This document shows positions 38,041 through 50,437 of a stretch of 64,000 nt of DNA, piece after piece. The position numbers and the translations under genes were made by a program. The notes under the pieces were generated by a model. It was given only the letters and a program-made list of their open reading frames with translations. It was not told the origin of the DNA and ran no database searches. The stretch is from Callorhinchus milii. Its lineage: Eukaryota. The stretch is taken from positions 14,322,001 to 14,386,000 of the forward strand of contig NW_024704759.1 of assembly GCF_018977255.1 (NCBI RefSeq), written 5' to 3'. Position 1 is the first letter of the stretch; the number at the start of each line of letters is the position of its first letter.

Positions 38041-39009
38041 CTGACATCGTAATCTGGTGGTAATGGAGCTGCCAAGACATCAGTCGCTCATTCACAAATA
38101 GTAAGAAGGTGAGGGTGAAGGAGAATAGACGGGCGAGTGAGAGAACTGGCTTCGGGGAGCTGGAGACGAAACGTTCTAAAACTACAGCTCCCCAACTCCA
38201 CCCTCTTCAAATGGGACGATGATCAAACTCCGAAAGGGAACTCGTGCAGCTATTGAAGCCTCATAATCCATTTTGGGGCTACTGGTATCCTCGGCTGGCA
38301 CATCAGCATAATGTGGTCATGGTTCACTCTGTGGCTGCCTGAATATTTCAAACCTTTGCTGTCATGTCTGAAAGGAACGGTGTTGGTTCTGTAGGTCTTG
38401 TTCCGAGATCATATGACGACTATTCAACAACAATAACCACCACCACAACTACTTGCGTTTATGTAGCAGGATAGCGTCCCTGAGCACTTAAAAGAGAAAT
38501 AAATTTTTCCCAGTGTCCTGGCCAACAATCTCCCCAAACAAAATTGGTTATTCACCGCACGGCTGTTAATGTGGGACACTGCCCTGTGCAAACCGGCTGA
38601 CTCGTTAATCTACACCTTGCAGTATATCCTGCAAAAGGCGCAAAAAAGACAAACGTGAGCATTAATTAAATGAACATTCTGGTAACTTTTACACCCTGAC
38701 AAGGGCGGCTAAGAGGTGATTTTCAGCACATGGTCTTTTCTCAAACAAATCCAATTTACTGCCAATCGTCAGGTTTGACCGTGGGATTTGCTGCGTCAAA
38801 TCCAAATGAATTTGACCTGCCCTACTGCAGGCCCAGGATTCTTCTCACCTCTTATAGGCTCAACAGGTGCAAACGCAACTGTGCAAACTTCCACTTTCAA
38901 CCTGTGAATAGACAGCAGCCTGTGCCGGTACATACACTGTCCCCAGCCATAATCTGTGCACGCCTGCTTCAGTACCGTCCTCTCAATCAGATTACGCACT
39001 CGCACCACA

Positions 39010-39292
39010 CTATAATCTTCTTGATCCAACCGTATAGTTAGGGTGAAGAATAATGTGTGCACCGCGCTTCAAACTAGCTGTACAATGATGGTGAAACATA
39101 ATCCTCTTGATCAATCTGTGTCACAGTGTAATCTGCTGAAACAAAATGTATAATTATGGTATGGCATAATCCCCTTGATCAGGCTGCATAATTATGTTAA
39201 CGAATGATCCATATTACCCTCTCGATCAATGTGTGCAACTATTGTACAGTATAATCTCCCGCTATACTCTTGATCAATCCATGTAATTACAG
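39010..39292. repeat. decayed tandem array (CATAATCCTCTTGATCAA-like motif x5)
   Basis: Motif recurs at ~39011, 39098, 39165, 39210 and 39262. Confidence 0.65.
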
Positions 39293-40427
39293 GGCTGTTT
39301 AATTTTCTCAATCTGCGTAATTTGTTCTGTTCGGGTTTCCAGTGCGAGTTTAATTCAAAGGGCGGGGAGCGAAATGAACGATCTTCTAATAATAATAATA
39401 ATAATAATGTACATTGAGAAGAATTGAAGGCAGTTTTATTTAAACCGAACGTCTCATTTATTTGGAATGGCAACGTCCACAAAAGCCTGATGGGCTAATT
39501 AATGCAAATTTCTCACTAAAGAACCTCAGCTTACCCCCACCCCCCTACACACCCACCATTTCCCGTGATGTACAATAATGAGTTATCTGAAAGATTCTCG
39601 TCATTCGAACATCGGGACGTGTGATTTCAGTCACAGCGCATTTTTTTTTAGAAGCCTTTGAATGAGTGACACTTAACAAAGTATCACTGGGTGAACCCTC
39701 TTACTCCGAGCTGACAGAAACACAAGCTGCAGCACATTTCAGATATCTTGCTTTTTTTTTCCTCCTCTTCAGGCCTCACTTTAGACGAGCGAATCAGTGC
39801 CATCTGTTGAGATGTCACAATAATACCACTTAATTTGTCGCATGATTAAAGACTTGTTTTCACCTTGCAACTATCAGAAGGTTAACACTCGATATGTGTG
39901 TGTTTTTTTTAAAAAAATTTGTTCATTTTGCTGAATAAAGTGATACAAATAAGGGAAAACGTAAGAAACAGAAGCAGCAGGGATTTCTAAAGTGCTAATT
40001 CTTTAACAGAATGTAAAACAAGCCAGAGTAGCATTCGGGATGATTGACAAGCAAACTTGAGGAGTGATTTTTTTTTCCACATGAACCTTCTCGAGGTTTA
40101 ATTAACATCGAAAAAAAAGAATAACTTTCCATATCAGATTTTCGCGCTTCATTTCTGTCTACTTTTGTGATGCTGGCTTCAAAGGTGATTTTTCTATTTT
40201 TTTTTTACCTTCAAGCGTTTTCAATCTGAGGTCACGAGAGCTGATACTCGTGTGTTATCTCCTAAGTGTTACAGTGTTTTGAGCTTTCTAATCCATGCCC
40301 CGAAATGTGTATTCGGTAAATTTACCAAAAGTGTCATTTCCATCAGGGTTTAGATTAGATACCTAAGAGATCGGAAGAGAGAGAAAGAGAGAGAGAGAAA
40401 TCAGCAAAATATATCATTTAGCAGGAC

Positions 40428-40692
40428 GTGTGTGAGCGCAAGTGTTAGTGAGCATGTGTGTGTGTGTTTCTGTGTGCATGTATGTATCAGTGTGTGAGTG
40501 TGTGTCTGCGTGAGTGCATGTGTGTGTCTGTGTGCATGTAGGTGTGAGTGTGCGAATGTGTGTGTGTGTGTGCTCGTGTATGGGTCAGTGTATGAGTGGG
40601 TGTATGTCTGTGTGAGTGTATGTGTGTGTCTGTGTGCATGTATGTGTGAGTGTGCGAGTCTGTGTGTCTAAATCTATGTGCGTGTGTGTGTA
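40428..40692. repeat. TG-rich compound simple repeat
   Basis: Direct reading; higher-order unit similar to tgtgtgtctgtgtgcatgtatgtgtgag. Confidence 0.9.
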
Positions 40693-41451
40693 TGATTATC
40701 CGTAGTACATTCTAACAGCCGTACATAAAGTACGAGTGAACAGCCACTGAAAAACTGATTTGCTTCGTGTCAAAATTGCAACTTTCAACATAAAAATAAC
40801 ACTAAACATCTTTTAAACTCAGTCTAGAAACAAACATTCGGATTGAACAGAGATTGGTTCAAGCTAACGCCTTTTATCCTCCCTAAAATATCTTTAAGGC
40901 ACGTTTCAAGTGGCTTACAGCAACAAATTACCCATTTAAAGTCTTTGTGGTGCAATTTGTGCTTACAATATTGTCCGTCTCATGAATCTGTTTACCTAAA
41001 CATAGTTAGTGTATTAACTCTTATCTCGTAATACGTAGATGATGCCTTACACTGTCCTGAATCTACGAGTATAAAGTTCTGCATATTCACAAGACAAAGA
41101 CCTAAATCTATACACTTGCACCCCACAGTTGCATGTCTGTACACTGTACGAACTCTGTTCAAATCACTAAGGAATGTGATCTGTTTAAGTGAATCACCAT
41201 TAGTGTAGAAATTGGACTTTTTTTTTAAAAAAAGGAATAAAATTGCAATAAAATGTGGACAGCGGGGTCACGCTTTCATCAATCTTCTTTTAAACGGGGG
41301 AAACCTTTGCCGATGCGGGATTTCTAGCTGGATTCCTTAATAAGCAATGCAGTTAGAAATCCCCCAACAACCCACCTGAACATTGCCGCACAGACAGATC
41401 ACCCAGGTCAACATGACACACATCTGGTTAACGATACAACTGTATTAATCA

Positions 41452-41785
41452 AATAATAATAATAATAATTCTTGCATTTGGTATAGCGCCTTATCACATT
41501 GTCGAGACATCTCAAAGCCCTTCACAGGATATGCTGTAAAGTGAATTGATCGTATATTTTGTGGGTGAAATGTGACAAACAGTCGTGGATTCAGTAACCA
41601 AATAATTTTTTTTAAGGGATTATTACCCCCGAAAAGCGATCCGCCAATTGACTTAAGAACCGGGTTCCTACTTAATGCTGGTAAACAGAGGTGTGTGTTT
41701 GTGTGTGTGTGTGTGTGAAGTAAGGAAACTTGCCTATGGTTTTGCCCTCGAACCTGGGTCCTCTCGCTTTGCTAACCACTGAGCA
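41452..41785 (-). mobile_element. near full-length young Deu-SINE with expanded internal (CA)n
   Basis: Tail, body, linker gtaaggaaacttgcc and a degenerate head. Confidence 0.85.
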
Positions 41786-42029
41786 CCCGCACATGAAAGT
41801 GCATTCAGGGTGAGGGTGTTATGCTGGAGTTCGGTAAGAAACAATTTAATCGCTCCATATTCAAGGACACAAACAGCCTACTCTCAGGTTAGTAGTCGGG
41901 GAGAGTGCAATTGACGGGCACATGTAGTTGTCATGCACAGCCCAGATTGAAAACTCTACCAAACTTTCACAGAACTCTGCCTTTCATCATTTTAACATCA
42001 TCAGCCAAAAAAAAATCACCTGGCAGGCA

Positions 42030-42120
42030 GGCAGCGCTAATCAAGGCATTATTTGGGACACTTACAAAAAGGTTATAAACACTGCCGCAAAGAAAGCGTT
42101 ATACCTTTGTATAAAAAGCT
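42030..42120 (+). mobile_element. CR1 reverse-transcriptase C-terminal remnant
   Basis: Translates as LGHLQKGYKHCRKESVIPLYKKL, similar to the CR1 LGxIxRxIxxRSKEVILPLYKxL motif. Confidence 0.5.
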
Positions 42121-42625
42121 TTGTGATGTTGCTTTTTTTGTTTTATTTCACATGAGAATGAAAAAAAGTCACGGAAATGTTGTGCGATTCGTTTATTACA
42201 ATAAAACCTCTGCATATTCAGGTGCATCGAAATCAGTAGGAGAAAAAAAAAGAATTCTTTTCAGATAAATATATAAAAAAAACTGTCAACAGAAAATAGC
42301 CCCCTGAAGCGATCCTGTGTCAAACCTGAGTCTTTTCTTCATCGGAGATAAGGGAGGAAATAAGCCTTTAAGTGTTGAAGGTTTGAATGCTGAGATACGG
42401 CATTGATGTAGTCCTGGTTTTATTAATACAAATTGGAGGCAGAATGTATGATGGACAGACTGCTTACATCTCCCAGTGTCCGGGGCAGTGTGAGAGGCAG
42501 ATCAAAGCCAGCTTTGAGACTGCAGGGGAACTTAGTACAAGGGATCAAATGTTTGTGGGAGCAGAGGAGTTAGTGGGGTCTTTAAACAACCAGAATTCCC
42601 CAAATTAGTTTCAGAAAAAATAAGT

Positions 42626-42895
42626 TAATAATAACGATAATAATAATCATAATAATAGTAATCCTTGCATTTGACGCAGTGCCTTATCAAGTTGTTGAGA
42701 CATTTCAAAGAGCTTCACAGAATATATTGTAAAGTGGAGTGACTGAGTGTTTTGTGGGCGAAACGTGGCAGCCAATTGCACACTCACAGCAGCGTCCCAC
42801 AAACAGCCGTGGATTGAGTGACCAAGATTATTACCCCCTGGGAAGCAATCTGCCAATCGACTAACAACCGGTTTCCTACTTACTGCTGGGTAAAG
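42626..42895 (-). mobile_element. Deu-SINE (5'-truncated)
   Basis: Tail, body and linker present. Confidence 0.9.
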
Positions 42896-44835
42896 ATGTA
42901 TAAAAAAATCTACTTAATACATCTATTATATATATACACACAGACACATACACAGGGGTACACCATTTCTTTATTGGAAAGTTTTATTTGGGAGCTTTCA
43001 ATAATTGACTATCACAAGCGGCAGAAACGAAAAAGTCCTTTACAGTGCACAGTAGATTGCGCACAGTTTAGTCCTGACCAGGAACGACAAACACACCTCA
43101 CAAAACTGCCCTGATCCTTGCAATGTCTCTCCAGCCTTCAAACAAATTCATCGAAATTTTAAAATAAAAGTAGCATCTGCTTGTTACAAGCAATCAGATG
43201 CTACAACAGACTCCATCCCTTTAATACCGCTCTGTATATTATAAAGTATCTCTTGATATATTACGTACACAGAGAGGCACGGAGATAAAATGCTGAACTG
43301 CATGAGATTCCAAAGTATTCCTCTCTCTCTCTCTGTCTCACCGGCTCCTGACAATATCGAAGGTGGCAAGGGTTCCACTGTCTCATTAATTGGAAACAAA
43401 ACGAAGCTTGGCAACTCTTACATTAAACTGAACAAGAAGCATTCAGATTTCATTTACTTGGCTCAATATTTTATGAATAAAAAGGGAAAAACTCAAGAGG
43501 TGCTGCATGAGAAATATAATTTGTACTTTTAATGGTCTAGTGTTATATTTTTTCTGACATTATTAATCAATAATTCAGCCATGCTCTGGCGAGGCCTTCC
43601 AATATTATATTAATTTCATACAACTTGCACTAACTAGATGTGCTTGAAGATGAACCATGGTACTCAGTCAATACGGTCATGCAGATAGCAGCTGTCATTT
43701 GCTAAACAAAATGGATGGATCTGAGACCCATAACTATGATAAATTCACTCACCATTCCACTGACTAATGTATTCACTAAAATACTCCATGAATATCCCGC
43801 TTTGAAATGTGTCATATTTTTGAGGCTCTGATCAATCACTGACTGCTGTGAAGCACATTAAAATAAATTTGTCACTGTAGTTTATGAAATATTGATGACT
43901 GAAGGGAGACGGATTCGAGCTACCTGCCATCTTAATGAATTATCTGCAGGGGGAGGCGAAAAGATCAAGAGTCTTGTTTACACCGGCAACAACAAGCAGC
44001 CGATCGCATTTTGGTTTTAATGAGGTCGAGGAAAATAAAGGGAATGAATAAGATTCGAGCCCCAGTCGTCGTTCCTGTATCCTTAAGGTTCAAAATAAAA
44101 CACAGCAGAACCAACCGACCAACCGACCGACCAACTGATAGACTGACTGAACGCAAGGCAGCTCTTCTGTAAAGCAGGTGGATGGGGAATCCTCTGTTTG
44201 GCTGACATTTCTTTCTTTCGTTCTTCGCCATGACTTGTTCTACTAAAGCGTGGAGAGAAAGACAGAGAGACAGAGAGAAAGAGAAGAGAGAGAAAGAGAC
44301 AGACAGACAGAAACAGAGAGAGAGAGAGAGAGAAAAGAACAGTTTGCATCAAGAGATATATAAACTTGCTCAAGGCAAAAAGGCTGGTGAGAATTAGTTT
44401 TCATGAGGAATGCTAAAAGAGGTCATTGTAGGAAAAGGCTTTGCGGGACACTAGGTGTTAAAATCTTTAAATTCCTTTCTACTATTTCCTGGTTATCCTC
44501 CCCCCTCCCCCAGTCCCCATCCCCAAACACAATATTTTTAACCTCCCCTGGGGGAGAAATAGCGCAGCATTGAATTCTCACTCTGAGATGTCAAGAGAAT
44601 AAAGAAACTCAGGTGCAGGAGCCAAGCAAACAGTCAATAGATGCGAGGTTAAAGAAAATCCAGGATAAGACAGTTGCCTGTAAAGGTGCAGCACCAAACG
44701 CTTACAATTCAAGTGGGATAAATAATGTACATTTAACATTCTTAGGTGTGGGGTTCGCCGCTAATTGACGTGATTCCTGTAAGGTTTTCTTTCCTGCAAC
44801 ATTTACACTCGCATTCGGAAAGAGGAGGATTCTTA

Positions 44836-45078
44836 TGCTGTCACCGTCAATGCAGCACTCCCACCCAAGCAGGGCACTGGAGTGCCAGCCTAGACAATAA
44901 TAAGAAGAATCCTTGCATTTGATACAGTGCCTTATCACGTCTTCGAGACGTCTCAAAGGGCTTCACCGAGTATACTGTAAAGTGAATTGACCGTATATAT
45001 TTTGTGGGCGAAATAATTGTGAAGCTGGCACCCATAACCTTCTGAGGCGAGAGTGCTACCCACTGAGCCAGGCCAACC
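44836..45078 (-). mobile_element. old Deu-SINE head/body interrupted by a young SINE fragment (44897-45012)
   Basis: Old body gcactggagtgccagcctaga, then the young tail, then the old head ccttctgaggcgagagtgctacccactgagcca. Confidence 0.75.
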
Positions 45079-46087
45079 CCTGGAGAGCAGTCAACGAAAT
45101 GTGCGGCCAATGAAAGGGCGGGTTTTGGGATTACTGCCAACAACACTGCTCTTTGATTGACCGTTGAGAGAGACGTGAGGGGTTAACTAACTAATTATCC
45201 AAGTTCCACACTGAGCAATGAACTTGCCGACTGAGTCGGCAGGGGAGGGACAGCAAACACACTCCGGATTTTTTTTCAGTGGTTGAACTTTTCCAGCGAT
45301 TTACAACCGAGCGCTCGTCCGTGTCACCGAGAAATGTGATTGTCGGCGGGAGCACATTGCGAAAATAAGCAAGCCGATCATTTTCCCAAAGAGTGACAAA
45401 AGGAGCCGGGAAAAAAAACGCTGTTTTACTAAAATAATTTCACATCTTTTCCTCCGGAAAAAAAAGCCTCCTCGTAAAGGTGGAGCTGGAGCCATATATC
45501 ATCAGAGATTTATAACCTGATAGATCTATTTGTTTATTTGCAAGTACATGGTTAATACTCCTATACAGATCCATCCCTATTACAGAAGCCGTAAAAATGT
45601 TAGATTTTTATTACACTTTTTGAAGGTGAAATTGTGGTAATTCTATGAAGACAATATCTGAAGTCTTGATGACTCTTATCACCCAGAGCCCCTAAAAAAT
45701 AATTCCCTCTGCATTGTGAAGCCTGGAAATTACCCTGAGCAAAACACAAAAGAATCATTTCAGGAAACATAAAAGCTACACAGTAAGCAGAAATGCTTTA
45801 AGTAGTTCCCAGGAAGCATGAATATGTAAGTTTCTGTACAGATTAGGTGGAAGGCAAGGGCTATTATTCTATGCCATTGCTCACAACTGTGGTGTGGTTT
45901 TGTTTTGATATTGTAATTAAACATGACTAATGGATGGTTAGTGAGACTACAGATCCAACTGTGGTGTTTGCCTAAGTGTGGAGTTGGCATGGATACTATT
46001 TGACATAACTTCACATAAAACTAAGCAAAGGTGATCGAAATGTAATATAAAATTCATCCTGAGTTATCCATACTTTTATACATTTTA

Positions 46088-46305
46088 ATAACAATAATAA
46101 TAATCCTTGCATTCGATGTAGCGCCTTATAAGGTCATTGAAACGTCTCAAAGCACTTCATAGAATATACTGTAAAGTGGAGTGACTGTATATTTTATGGT
46201 TGAAACGTGGCAGCCAATTGCACACAGCAATGTCCCACAAACAGTCGTGGATTGAATGGCCAAATTATTACTTTTTTGAAGGGTTTATTACTCCCGCAAA
46301 GCGAT
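46088..46305 (-). mobile_element. Deu-SINE (5'-truncated)
   Basis: Family tail and body. Confidence 0.9.
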
Positions 46306-47226
46306 CTATCTATGTACGTATTTATTTATGATCCATTTGCGTACACAGTGTACATAATGCCTGTATAAAGGACACAGCATAATCCAGTCATTATATCAAT
46401 TATACCATCCCCTGTATCCCTGCAAAACATACACAAGGTACCTGTAAAAGAATGTAAGCATGTTGGAATGTGAAAAGGGATTTTAACTCATCCAGGTTTG
46501 TTCCGAAATCCATCTCTTGGTTTGGGAACGAACACAGCTGTTCTCATCCTTTCCTGCTTTAAACCATATCCTCAAACTCCTGCTGATTCAGGAATTGATT
46601 TAATTCCCTCTTCAATGCTTCAACTGAGTCAGTATTTACACACTGGGGTAGCAGTCCCTCCACCAGTCAATGACACGAATTGTGAAGAAAATATACCTTT
46701 GCATTCAGAACTTTATGTGTCACGGATTGACCTGTTATGCCCAGTTATGTTTAGTCTTTCAATTGGCCCTTAGGAGTTGGTTTCTAGTCAATCAAATCCC
46801 AATATAATGTTCCAACCTTCAAATCACAGTGGGAATGGTGGGCAGGGAAAGCAAAGGTAAAGCAAATATTTCAAGGTTAGTTTTTAAAAGGACAAAGACA
46901 TGGATCGGAACCGATTTATTTCGGTGTTTACTTTTGTAGCGTCTAGCTTCGAAACATGAACGTTCATTTCAAAATGAACTAAAAAGGTGTTAGAAAAAAA
47001 ACAAGCAGCACAGGAAGACTAGAAGCTTCCCAGTCCCATAGACAGGCTAATGAATAACTCGACTTCCATTCATGAATATTACAATTATGACCATTCCTCT
47101 CCAACCAACACAAAAAGCTCAAATAAAAAAAAACTCCAAAGACATATGAGATTTAATAAAACACTCAATAAATGCTTTACTTTCATTAACAAGCCGACTG
47201 CATACAAAGAAAATGATACTTCAAAG

Positions 47227-47485
47227 AAAACAATGAATGTCAAATGTTAACCTATAATCATCCAGACTTAACCATCAGGTGCTAGATCAGATATAATAAT
47301 AATTTGGTCACTCAATCCACAGTTTTCTGTGGGACATTGTTGTGCGCAATTGGCTGCCGCGTTTCGCCCACAAAATACACAGTCAATTCGCTTTACAGTA
47401 TATTCTGTGATGCATTTTGAAACGTCTCAAAGACGTGATAAGACGCTGTGTCAAATGCCAGGATTATTATTATTATTGCTATTAT
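47227..47485 (+). mobile_element. composite Deu-SINE, second copy with the 68-bp non-tRNA head
   Basis: Head matches 7373-7440; family body and tail follow. Confidence 0.85.
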
Positions 47486-48091
47486 GCCTCTCGCTTGTTT
47501 TTTTTGTCAAAATCAATTCAGAGGGACATGGTGAACGGGCAGGGGGTTAAGGATGGTGCAAAATTCTGCAGTAGGACTCATAGATGCTTGATAGCCTTGA
47601 ACGAACCATCAGCACTGTTAAATGATTTGGAATCAATGGTAACTTCTCACCACATTCGCCAGCAGAAACATCTAGAGCATGGTACCCACCAATAACTTGC
47701 ATGTGGCTGTTCCTAGATCACATCCCTGCAACAATCGAGTTATTTATTTTTATATAGAATTGCACGGAATGTATTTTTGAAACCCGTCACTTTTCAATAC
47801 AAGTGGTCTGTTGTGGTATATGTGGGGGTGGAGGGGTGGGGAAATAAATCAAGTGCAATTATTGTTCTTTTGGAGGGCAATCGGCTTAGACCGTTACTGA
47901 AGCCTAAGATATATGTTTCCCATCTTCACTCAACCCGTGCTCTAATAGGACTTGAGCTCATGGAACGATTAGGAGCATGAGGTGTTCGAGGTATTTAACT
48001 CGCTGAAGGGTAGCATTCTCTCTATAGATGTGGCTGTGTGTGGGTGGGTGTTAACTTAAAGATGTTGCTCTCGCACTCTAGTTTGCCGACC

Positions 48092-48265
48092 AATAATAAT
48101 AATCCTTGCTTTTGATGTAGCGCTTTTCACATCTTCTAGACGTTTCAAAGCGCTTCACAGAATATTCTGTAAAGTGAATTCACTGTATATTTGTGGGCGA
48201 AACGCGGCAGCCAATTGCGCACAGCAGCGTCCCCACAAACAGTCGTGGATCGAAGTGACCAATTT
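48092..48265 (-). mobile_element. Deu-SINE 3' half
   Basis: Family tail and body. Confidence 0.9.
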
Positions 48266-50256
48266 AATGAAGTGACATTAACTGGAATCTCACCGCAGAC
48301 TGAATGAGCAGTTCCTCAGGACAGGAACACTCTTACCTTTAGGTGTTAGGTGCCTGCTGGACTGCATCGCTCTCACTTTAAGACTAAGAGACACTTTGCT
48401 CCACAAGGCACCATCCGTCCCCAGGACTCAATCTGCCCGATCACACATTTCTTTTAAATGATGTATTTTTTTGCTTAATAAAGTTTGCCTCGTGGAAGTA
48501 ATTGCGGTTTCCATTAAGAAACCTGGTTATATTTGAGCACATGAAACGGGGTGGAGGGGGGTGGGGGGGGGTGAAGAATCATTGACAGCTTTGCTATGAA
48601 CATCACTGTAACCATGTGATGTTCACAGCCTTCCCCACCCCCCTCTCTTCCCCCCTGGAATGCCAACTCCCAATTCTCAGTTTTGAAGGGAAATGGTAAA
48701 TTACGTGCTTAATGGTAGCGCTTTTACCATGGCACACAACCTTAATTACTGGTGAGATTAGTACCCGGTGCCCGAGCAACAAGAGGAGGCATTTCACCCT
48801 CTGCCTGTGTCATTATGTATCGAGATCAGCTAAAGTAAGATAAATGAAGGCGCCATTATCTAGGTCAATGCCATTCGGGAAGACTCTTTGAAAACCTACA
48901 CTCCGGTTTGGTTGTTGCGCGTTTTAATAGGAATCTCGAGTTATTAAGTGGTAACTGACATCTCTAATGAATCACAGCTCACTTCTTACTGCAAGACAAA
49001 TGATGCCATTGAAAAACCGAGCTGCGAATGGATGGCGATGCTCCAGGAGAAGGTACTCCTGTGATTGCCATTTCAGTTTCTCCTCCAGTTAGACAGCAGC
49101 TGTGGCCACTAATTGAGGTTTGGGCGGACGGATGGGAATTACAGTTTGGGGATTTTTCTTTTCGGGTGGTGGGTGGGGTGGTGGTGTGGGGAGAGGAAGG
49201 ACATGGTCTCTGTAAACAGGCTAATAAGGGTTAATCACTAGACGGGGCTCAGAGTGTCCCAGCCTTTGTCCAGCTCGGAAATCTCCAGCTAATGAATATC
49301 AGAGACTTGCAGTGGCTTTATTTTCTCAGGTGTGTGTACGTGTCTGTGTGTGTGTGCGTCTGTCTCTCTCTCTCTGTGTTTGTGTGTGTGTGTGTCTATC
49401 TGTTGGTCTGTGTGTGTGCATGTGCCTCAGCATTTCTGGGCGATTTCCCCATGACTCGTGTTACGCATTGGGGTGAACATTACGTCCGTTAACAGCTGAA
49501 GTTTCTGCTGCACGAGGGGGCTCTATATAAATGCAAGTTTTTGTGGTTGTTGTCTGTTCACCTGATCAATTCTTCATCAGATTTTGTTACGGGCTGATAG
49601 GGTCTAATTGGAGCCATGGACTGGGCGCTGTTGAGCGCGGAGGGTAAATCTCGCTGCCTACTCTCTTCGTGGCTATTTCCATGTACATTATTTCGAGGCT
49701 ACTCCACCAAAGCCAATTAGTCGTTCATTTGGATGAAGTGTGCTCTCTAGTGGTCAGAGTGAAAACAGCTGTTTCTTTCCAAAAATCTGCCAGGTTTAAT
49801 TATAACATAAAGGGGGTCAGATCTGAAAGAATATTTCTCTTCCAACCCCCCCCTTTTTTCCCCTTCCCTTTTTCCCCCTTCCCTCCACCGCCACCACCAC
49901 TACCCCCCCACCCACTGCCAAACCACCCCACCCACCACTAAAGGCACGCTCAACCCCCTGCACTAAATCACTGCTGCTCTGCTGAGTTCCTTATCGATTT
50001 CTTTGTAAGTGTATTTATACACCGCCTGTCAATCAGATCTCCTATAAGAGCAAGAATCCTCTCACACACGTATTCCTTTGGCAGTGCAACACGATCTGTT
50101 TGCACGATTTGAAATCTGAACAGAAGCGACAAAGACACCGCATGCAACGTAGTTAAGGCATCACCTTAAATTATCACCATAAATTATGTCGCTGAAAAAT
50201 GACACTACAGGGTGTTCACAAAGTCTTGTTCCCTCACCTCCCAGGGATTTTTTTTT

Positions 50257-50437
50257 CTAACAATGATTTTTTTTTTACTTTCTGTTGCAGATCAGTCGAG
50301 TGTAACAATGTCTGATACCAGTAACTTCCTCGTCTGTAACTCCATCCACATTAGGGAGAATGTTGTTTAGTTCTTGGACAATTGTACAGACAAAAGATGG
50401 TTCAGGTGTCAAAGTGTCCAGGTGAAAGTTTACACAG
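50257..50437 (+). other. candidate non-coding/UTR exon with strong 3' splice site
   Basis: CTAAC branch motif (50257-61), T-rich tract, and ttgcag| acceptor at 50290. Possible donors cag|gtgaaa and cag|gtgaat. Stops in all three frames. Confidence 0.35.

Noticed and set aside
43965-44231. ATG-initiated 88-aa minus-strand ORF with good Kozak context
   Set aside because: Runs through a GGTC/GGTT simple repeat next to a (GA)n tract; no recognisable homology.
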